Positions 58,204 through 64,000 of a DNA stretch of 64,000 nt are shown here, one piece after another. The DNA comes from Patescibacteria group bacterium. Its GTDB lineage: Bacteria > Patescibacteriota > Microgenomatia > UBA1400 > PJMF01. The first letter of the stretch is position 1. Every line of letters begins with the position of its first letter. Position numbers and translations under genes: made by a program. Location of the stretch: positions 144,814-208,813 of the forward strand of contig JBGTEY010000013.1 of the NCBI GenBank assembly GCA_041747555.1, given 5' to 3'. Below the pieces are notes generated by a model that saw nothing but the letters and a program-made list of their open reading frames with translations, made no database searches and was not told the origin of the DNA.

Positions 58204-60210
58204 CTACAATTCATGAATGGGAAGTGGAGCATCCTTACCACCCGCTAACTCTTGTTTTTTTCGTAAATAAAGGAGCACCGTTTCAATATACACGGCATGA
58301 CTCCATACAAGTGGGGTGGCAGACAATGATTCACCAGTGTATGGATTAAGCTGTTCAGCCAAAACACCAGAAGGGTATGCATGTTGAAGCACCCATTCAA
58401 AGGTCCTGTCGGCATACTCGATATCTTCTACGGTCACGACGGTCTGCTTAAGACGGCGTTGCGCCTCCCAGAGTGTCGTGATAAACCAAGGATTTGAAAG
58501 ATCCGTCGATTTGAAATAATTATCTCGCTCGTATCTGATGATTCCACCCACTGAGGTAGGATTCGATAGCCGGTGCATCACTTGTTCGTGAGTGTCTTTA
58601 AATAAGGGATCAGTTTGATCAAACATTTCAAAATACCAGAGTCCAAACAGTGAGCTTGAGTCCACGGTTTCATCCTGCGTCAACTCGCCATCCACATAGT
58701 GCGCAATTCTGACAAACGACTGTAATTTTTTGTTGTATAGATGATCAATCGTTGCTTGTTTAATAGCTTTGGCAGCATCCTTGTACTCCCTCATGTGATT
58801 GCGTTTATCGAGCAACTCAGAAAACTTTGCAGCAGCCATCAAACCGCCGTACACTGCGGCACAGGTATACGTTGAAACACCAATTTTTTCTTCCCATAAA
58901 TCATAGGAGGGGAGTGGGAGGCCAGTATTTTTATTTCTAAAATTAGCCAAAAATGTTGCGATTTTTTCTATGAATGGCTTGTAGAGTAGTTCGATAAACT
59001 CTAGGTCCTTTGACTGCTCATAATAATTCCACAATGCAACCAAAACTCCTGCACTCTCGTCTTCTTGAATTGGGAGCTGTAAAATTTTATCTTTGAGCCA
59101 CTCATGCTGTGATGTGGTTGAATGCCAAGTGGATCCAAGACTTTGATCACTCCTATACCGATGATGTAAATAACCATCACTATGCAGCACATCCTTACAA
59201 AACATAAAGAATGGCTTGGTGACCTCTGTGTAGCCAGCTTTGCAAAGTGTGGTTGCAATAAATGCTGCGTCACGTGGCCACATGTATGAGTAGTCATCCT
59301 TGCCGTATTCGATCATTTCACTATCACCAGCGGCAATAATACTGCCCTTATTATCGGTATGAGACCTCAAGACAAAAAGCGATGTGTCAAATAATTTTCT
59401 CATTTCTGGCGTCAAACCTTGTTTGGGAACCTCGAGTGTATTAAGCCAAGCATGCCAATAGGATTCAGTGGAATGAATCATGGCAGCCGGTGTTTTTTTC
59501 ATTACAATGTCGTTGAGCTCATATGCATCATCAAGCGATTTGCCCGCACAAATCCAGTAGTACACTCTGGTTTTCTGTTTTTGATCACAAGATGCACAAA
59601 ATCTCACCACCGAATCCACGGAGCCATGCTCAACGGCATTTTTACTTAATCCACCGTCTTCTGCATCTCTAAAAACACCTTCCATACCTGCGTATTGATA
59701 TGCACCGACGCTGTAGTCATCGATAGCAGTTCCCTGATCAGTTCGACCATTCACGATGAACACCCGTTTCCCCTTATAGTGGACAATTGCGTTATGGGTG
59801 GGATCATAAAAAGCGGTATTGCGTTTTTTACTCTCACTAATGAGAAATACTTGATGAAAAAACAGCTTAATATCCATTAATTGATCGGAGTGATTATAGA
59901 TATCCACTTGCCTGAGAAACACATTCGTCTCATTGTAGACAATGTCTTCCATAACCACGGTCACCTGCAGTTTGGGATTTTTACAGACCAAGTACCCCAC
60001 CATTGTTTCTGGCTTATACCCAATTGAAATCTGCCAACTACCATCATCGATCCAAGAAAAACGGTTATTTACCATAATACCGATTCGATGCTTGTGACCA
60101 GCAACATGATTTTCTAGCCCAACATATGGATAGTACATGTCCCGCACAAAACCGTACTTATCTAAGCACACCAAAAAAGTTCCATTTCCTAACGTTAATG
60201 CTCTTGCCAT
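58204..60210 (-). CDS. glycoside hydrolase family 15 (glucoamylase/trehalase-like)
   Basis: 668 aa; N-terminal LGNG...beta-sandwich and (alpha/alpha)6 domain with W-rich motifs typical of bacterial/archaeal GH15. Confidence 0.75.
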   Translation of the reverse strand: MARALTLGNGTFLVCLDKYGFVRDMYYPYVGLENHVAGHKHRIGIMVNNRFSWIDDGSWQISIGYKPETMVGYLVCKNPKLQVTVVMEDIVYNETNVFLRQVDIYNHSDQLMDIKLFFHQVFLISESKKRNTAFYDPTHNAIVHYKGKRVFIVNGRTDQGTAIDDYSVGAYQYAGMEGVFRDAEDGGLSKNAVEHGSVDSVVRFCASCDQKQKTRVYYWICAGKSLDDAYELNDIVMKKTPAAMIHSTESYWHAWLNTLEVPKQGLTPEMRKLFDTSLFVLRSHTDNKGSIIAAGDSEMIEYGKDDYSYMWPRDAAFIATTLCKAGYTEVTKPFFMFCKDVLHSDGYLHHRYRSDQSLGSTWHSTTSQHEWLKDKILQLPIQEDESAGVLVALWNYYEQSKDLEFIELLYKPFIEKIATFLANFRNKNTGLPLPSYDLWEEKIGVSTYTCAAVYGGLMAAAKFSELLDKRNHMREYKDAAKAIKQATIDHLYNKKLQSFVRIAHYVDGELTQDETVDSSSLFGLWYFEMFDQTDPLFKDTHEQVMHRLSNPTSVGGIIRYERDNYFKSTDLSNPWFITTLWEAQRRLKQTVVTVEDIEYADRTFEWVLQHAYPSGVLAEQLNPYTGESLSATPLVWSHAVYIETVLLYLRKKQELAGGKDAPLPIHEL

Positions 60211-60241
60211 ATGATCACTATAAAAGGTTTTTGATACTCAT

Positions 60242-61573
60242 TCAACGTGCAGGTGTAGTTGATACAGGCTGTAATCCAATTATTTTTGAATACCACTCGA
60301 TCGAACGGTCGCGATCTTGAGCACCATTAGTTGTTTTTCTCAACGCTGATAACCTTCCTAACAAATCTGCGAGTGCAATAGAAAACCGTCGATACGCCTC
60401 AAACGGGGACTCATAATGACTAAAATACGCGTGCACGTCACCGTCTGCAGACCATTTTGTGCACATATAATAGAAGTGGTCACTGATTTGCAGCTTTCGC
60501 CACTGATCGAGCAGCTGAGCGTCTTCTGTGGCCTTAATATCGTCTTCTATTTGGTACATAATGCGTAAGGTGTCGTATTGAAAATCATTATCGCGCCAAG
60601 CGGTAATGTCACGATCTACGTCTGCCCAAGAAATTGGATCGGGTACGTCGTATATTGGGAGTTCGTTTCGCTTCTCCAAAATTGACTTGGTTCGTTTGAT
60701 CCCTCCGCGTCGTTCTGCATAGGGCTCAAATGCTTGAGATGGAGTGATCAGTGTATTCCAGTCTCTGGCTAAAAAATCAGCTATAAATTGTTCAAAAAAG
60801 GTAAAAATTCCCGTATCTGCCCACTGATGCTCGCCAAAGGTTTCAAAGTCCATAAATAAATTTACATACTCATGTTGGTCATAGACCTCCACCCACCTCA
60901 GGTAACGATCAGCATAGAGCGGGTACCAATCCCAGGATTTATTTGAAAATCGAAACGCGATGTCATCAGATAACTGTGCGTGTTTCAGGAGAAGTGGAAT
61001 TTTATCTGGTGTGGTGCTGGCAAACAGTTGGGTTTTTGGTCGACCGTGGAGGTAGCGGTCGACAGCTTCAGTGAGGACGCCAGAGAAATTAAAGGTGCTC
61101 AGAAGTGCGGCAATGTCATTCGAGTAAATGAGCTCCGTATTTCGAAATACTCGAGGTGTATACTCAAAAAGTTCCTCGATTGTTGCAATGTGTTTAAGGA
61201 CCTGCGCCTCAAATTCTGATGGTGAATACAAACTTGCTAGCGAGTGGTAATACGTTTCTGCCAAAATCTCAACGCGCTCAGTCTTAACCAAATCCTGAAG
61301 CAACGCAACGACGTCAGGTGCAAATGCCTGCGCCTGTTCCAAAAACACCCCCGATATAGACAAGCTGACACAAAAATCAGGATGCTTATTTAATAATTTT
61401 TTCAATAGTCCAAGCATCGGCCGATATGATTTAAGTGCAACTTTTTCAAAAATTTCCTGATCTCCAGAACTCACCGGATCAAAATAATCGGGGTGATTTC
61501 CAACATCAAAGACAGTTATCGGGCTGAGCCGATGAGGCTGGTGGAGATGGAAATAGAGACACACTTGCGGCAT
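60242..61573 (-). CDS. glycoside hydrolase family 57 (alpha-amylase/branching-enzyme-like)
   Basis: N-terminus CLYFHLHQPHRL characteristic of GH57. Confidence 0.75.
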   Translation of the reverse strand: MPQVCLYFHLHQPHRLSPITVFDVGNHPDYFDPVSSGDQEIFEKVALKSYRPMLGLLKKLLNKHPDFCVSLSISGVFLEQAQAFAPDVVALLQDLVKTERVEILAETYYHSLASLYSPSEFEAQVLKHIATIEELFEYTPRVFRNTELIYSNDIAALLSTFNFSGVLTEAVDRYLHGRPKTQLFASTTPDKIPLLLKHAQLSDDIAFRFSNKSWDWYPLYADRYLRWVEVYDQHEYVNLFMDFETFGEHQWADTGIFTFFEQFIADFLARDWNTLITPSQAFEPYAERRGGIKRTKSILEKRNELPIYDVPDPISWADVDRDITAWRDNDFQYDTLRIMYQIEDDIKATEDAQLLDQWRKLQISDHFYYMCTKWSADGDVHAYFSHYESPFEAYRRFSIALADLLGRLSALRKTTNGAQDRDRSIEWYSKIIGLQPVSTTPAR

Positions 61574-61589
61574 TAGTACCCAAATTTAC

Positions 61590-62834
61590 TTATTTTCCTA
61601 AAACAGCACTGCGATACACCGCTCTCATTCGTCGTGCTGCGTTGTCCCAAGTGGCTGAATCGAGGTCGCTAAGCTGCTTATGAGTTGTTTGCTTGTGGTG
61701 ATCGCGATCATTAATAAGGTGCGAAATAACCGCACCCATTTTTTCTATATCCCAAAAATCGACTGCTATACTCCCTGGTAAAACTTCACTCACGCCTGCA
61801 TTCTTGGAAACAACAACGGGAGTGTGTCTTTGTGCTGCCTCAAGGGCTACGAGTCCAAACGGTTCAGAAATAGATGGCATTACAAATACGTCGGCGCGAT
61901 CAAGTAATTTTTCTTGTTGCGCACCTCTCACAAACCCACTAAATAACACAGATGCAGAGAGTTGTTCTCGCGCTGTGGTGAATAATAACTCATGATACAT
62001 GTCCCCTGAGCCTGCAACTACAAATAAAGCCTCAGGATTACGCTCTAAGACTGTTTTTGCAAGGTGAATGAAATATTGAACACCTTTTTGAATCGTGAGG
62101 CGTCCCATATAGACAATGACTGGCCGCTCACTTGCAAAGTGATGCGTACCGGGATCTGGGGGATAGACGAGGGGCGTAATGCCGTTATGCACTACGGCGA
62201 TTTTTGAGGCTGGGATTCGGTATCGTTCTACCAATAAACGTTTGGTGTAATGACTAACTGCAACGACCACGTCAGCCATTACCATGCCTTCGTACTCAGT
62301 TTTGGTGATGAAATCGCTGCCTTTATGCAACGCTGATCGATCATATTCTGTGGAGTGCACGTGGGTGATGAGTGGTTTGCCCGTTTTTTGTTTGAGTTTC
62401 ATGCCAGCAGGATAAGCCATCCAGTCGTGTGCGTGGATTACGTCATATTTTGGTGACTGGTTCGTACCTTCTGTAGTGACTCTGTCTGCATATTGATAGA
62501 CTTTTCGCTCTAATTCTGACTGAGGTAGTGTTCTGAGAATGTCCATACCCATGTCGGTTTTTAAATTCGGGGCGGACTGTGGAATTGCTTGATCGTATGC
62601 TAGAAATGGTGGATTCTCGAGAAGTACTCCATGTTCGTCGAGCCAACTTGGATCAACGCAATCCAAAACGGTCATGTGGTCTACTTTGCTTTTAAAATTA
62701 TAGGGTAAGGTAAACTGAATTTGCGTGCCACTCTTGGCTAACGACTGGGTTAAGCCATCACATGCAACCCCAAGACCACCGCTATTATGCGGAGGATATT
62801 CCCATCCGATCATGAATATATTATTTGCATTCAT
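61590..62834 (-). CDS. GT-B glycosyltransferase (GT4/GT5), putative alpha-glucan/glycogen synthase
   Basis: N-terminal WEYPP..GGLG, C-terminal EPFGLVALEAA GT4 motif. Confidence 0.7.
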   Translation of the reverse strand: MNANNIFMIGWEYPPHNSGGLGVACDGLTQSLAKSGTQIQFTLPYNFKSKVDHMTVLDCVDPSWLDEHGVLLENPPFLAYDQAIPQSAPNLKTDMGMDILRTLPQSELERKVYQYADRVTTEGTNQSPKYDVIHAHDWMAYPAGMKLKQKTGKPLITHVHSTEYDRSALHKGSDFITKTEYEGMVMADVVVAVSHYTKRLLVERYRIPASKIAVVHNGITPLVYPPDPGTHHFASERPVIVYMGRLTIQKGVQYFIHLAKTVLERNPEALFVVAGSGDMYHELLFTTAREQLSASVLFSGFVRGAQQEKLLDRADVFVMPSISEPFGLVALEAAQRHTPVVVSKNAGVSEVLPGSIAVDFWDIEKMGAVISHLINDRDHHKQTTHKQLSDLDSATWDNAARRMRAVYRSAVLGK

Positions 62835-62965
62835 CTCTTACTCATATGCCTTTCAATACACCAAAACCAAACCAGTTCACTGGCCATCCTTGTACGCAAC
62901 CGTATACTATCAGTGTATCCCGAAATGATATCACTCTTCAACTGTCAATTTATTGCAATTTTAGT

Positions 62966-63718
62966 CTAGGAATTGCGTCTTTTTTTGACTATAAGGGGAC
63001 ACAGCTGTGCGTCATCAATATGCATTGACCCAATTTCTGTTCGTCTGAGTGATACAACTGTCGCCCCCACACCAAGATCTTGACCTATATCATGCACCAA
63101 AGACCTGATATAGGTTCCAGAACTGCACCGCACTGAGAGGGAAAAACTAGCAGTTTTTGCACCTTCATCTCGCTCAAAATTCACTAGATCACATGCATGA
63201 ATTGAGACCTCGCGACTGGGGAGTTCCAAATCCATTGGATTGCCATCTCTGGCGTGCTCATATAACTTTGTGCCACCGATTTTTACTGCTGAAAAAATTG
63301 GAACTTGCTGGTTTATTTGACCTCGATATTTTTGAAGGTGTGAAAGAATATGTTCTTTTGTGATCCTTGAGATTTTCTCCCAATCTGCATTTGTAAGAAT
63401 CTGCCCGTCACTGTCGTAACTATCAGTTGTTTGTCCGAGCTGACCCGTCACCAAGTATGCTTTATCCTGCTTTAGGTACTGTGCTTGCAGCTTAGTAAAT
63501 GGACGAGTAACTAACAGAACCAACAAGCCAGTTGCAAGCGGATCGAGCGTACCGGTGTGGCCAATTTTGCGATGTCCAGTTTGCCTCCGTGCCCACTGAA
63601 CAACATCGTGACTAGTAACTCCCGTTGGTTTATCAACAAGCAGCATTCCTTCAAAACCATCTAAGTTCGCCAATTGATGAGTTTCTATAGTGATTTTTTT
63701 TGATTCAGACATATTCAT
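62966..63718 (-). CDS. truB: tRNA pseudouridine(55) synthase TruB
   Basis: LLVDKPTGVTSHDVV...GHTGTLDPLATGLLVL; start at MNMSESKK (ORF track extends to 63808). Confidence 0.85.
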   Translation of the reverse strand: MNMSESKKITIETHQLANLDGFEGMLLVDKPTGVTSHDVVQWARRQTGHRKIGHTGTLDPLATGLLVLLVTRPFTKLQAQYLKQDKAYLVTGQLGQTTDSYDSDGQILTNADWEKISRITKEHILSHLQKYRGQINQQVPIFSAVKIGGTKLYEHARDGNPMDLELPSREVSIHACDLVNFERDEGAKTASFSLSVRCSSGTYIRSLVHDIGQDLGVGATVVSLRRTEIGSMHIDDAQLCPLIVKKRRNS

Positions 63719-63775
63719 AGGATACAACACCAAAACAACTCCTTTGCAAAAACCCAGTAATTCACTACACTGGTA

Positions 63776-64000
63776 TGGTGAGTACGACAATTCAACCCTA
63801 TCCACCACGCTTGCTAACCCTTGGCGAATTACAACAAATTGCCATATTGGCTCGAAAACATGTCATTGAGATGCTTCTTGAAGCGGGGAGTGGGCATAGC
63901 GCTGGTCCTCTGGGCATGGCTGATGTTTTCACGGCGATGTATTTTCAGGTGCTCAAACACAGCCCTCGAAATCCAGATTGGGAAGAGCGCGATCGATTAA
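63776..64000 (+). CDS. transketolase N-terminal (TPP-binding) subunit, 3' end truncated by window
   Basis: GSGHSAGPLGMADVFTAMYF signature; open to window end. Confidence 0.8.

Noticed and set aside
1-64000. Search for CRISPR arrays, integrases/transposases, toxin-antitoxin pairs or known defence-system gene signatures
   Set aside because: No regularly spaced direct repeats, no recombinase/transposase-like ORFs, no recognisable TA or defence-domain proteins were seen. The window is dominated by core genes.

Overview
This 64 kb window looks like a core chromosomal segment of a small-genome bacterium. Gene content (DUF4012, YvcK inside the dcw cluster, GatCAB, LemA/HtpX, RRM protein, a GH57/GH15 glucan cluster) and the pervasive leaderless promoter-to-start-codon architecture suggest a Patescibacteria/CPR-like or similarly streamlined lineage; this is inference only. 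GC is about 43% and coding density is high. Most of the window is housekeeping. It carries a nearly complete division/cell-wall (dcw) cluster, mraZ-rsmH-ftsL-ftsI-murE-yvcK-murC-murB-murA-mraY-ftsW-murG-ftsQ-ftsA-ftsZ at 5.1-21.4 kb. Translation genes are glyQS, ileS, gatCAB, rplU, rpmA, rplS, truB, and four tRNAs (Thr-CGT, Gly-CCC, Asp-GTC on the minus strand; Glu-TTC on the plus strand). Also present are dnaE, pyrG, recO, parB, lepB, glnA, a cell-surface glycan locus (Wzx-like flippase, a GT2::O-antigen-ligase fusion, an Ig-like protein) and an alpha-glucan cluster (GT4/5 synthase, GH57, GH15, BadF-type kinase). No CRISPR array, integrase, transposase or recognisable defence system was found. 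The most interesting non-coding signals are: (i) a promoter-plus-terminator-bounded candidate small RNA on the minus strand between gatB and dnaE; (ii) a T-box leader with a textbook antiterminator upstream of ileS; (iii) an in-frame TAA splitting an HD-like gene just downstream of tRNA-Thr; (iv) a recurring -10 hexamer 5-9 nt upstream of start codons, indicating widespread leaderless mRNAs. Non-ORF coordinates were hand-counted and may be off by 1-2 nt.
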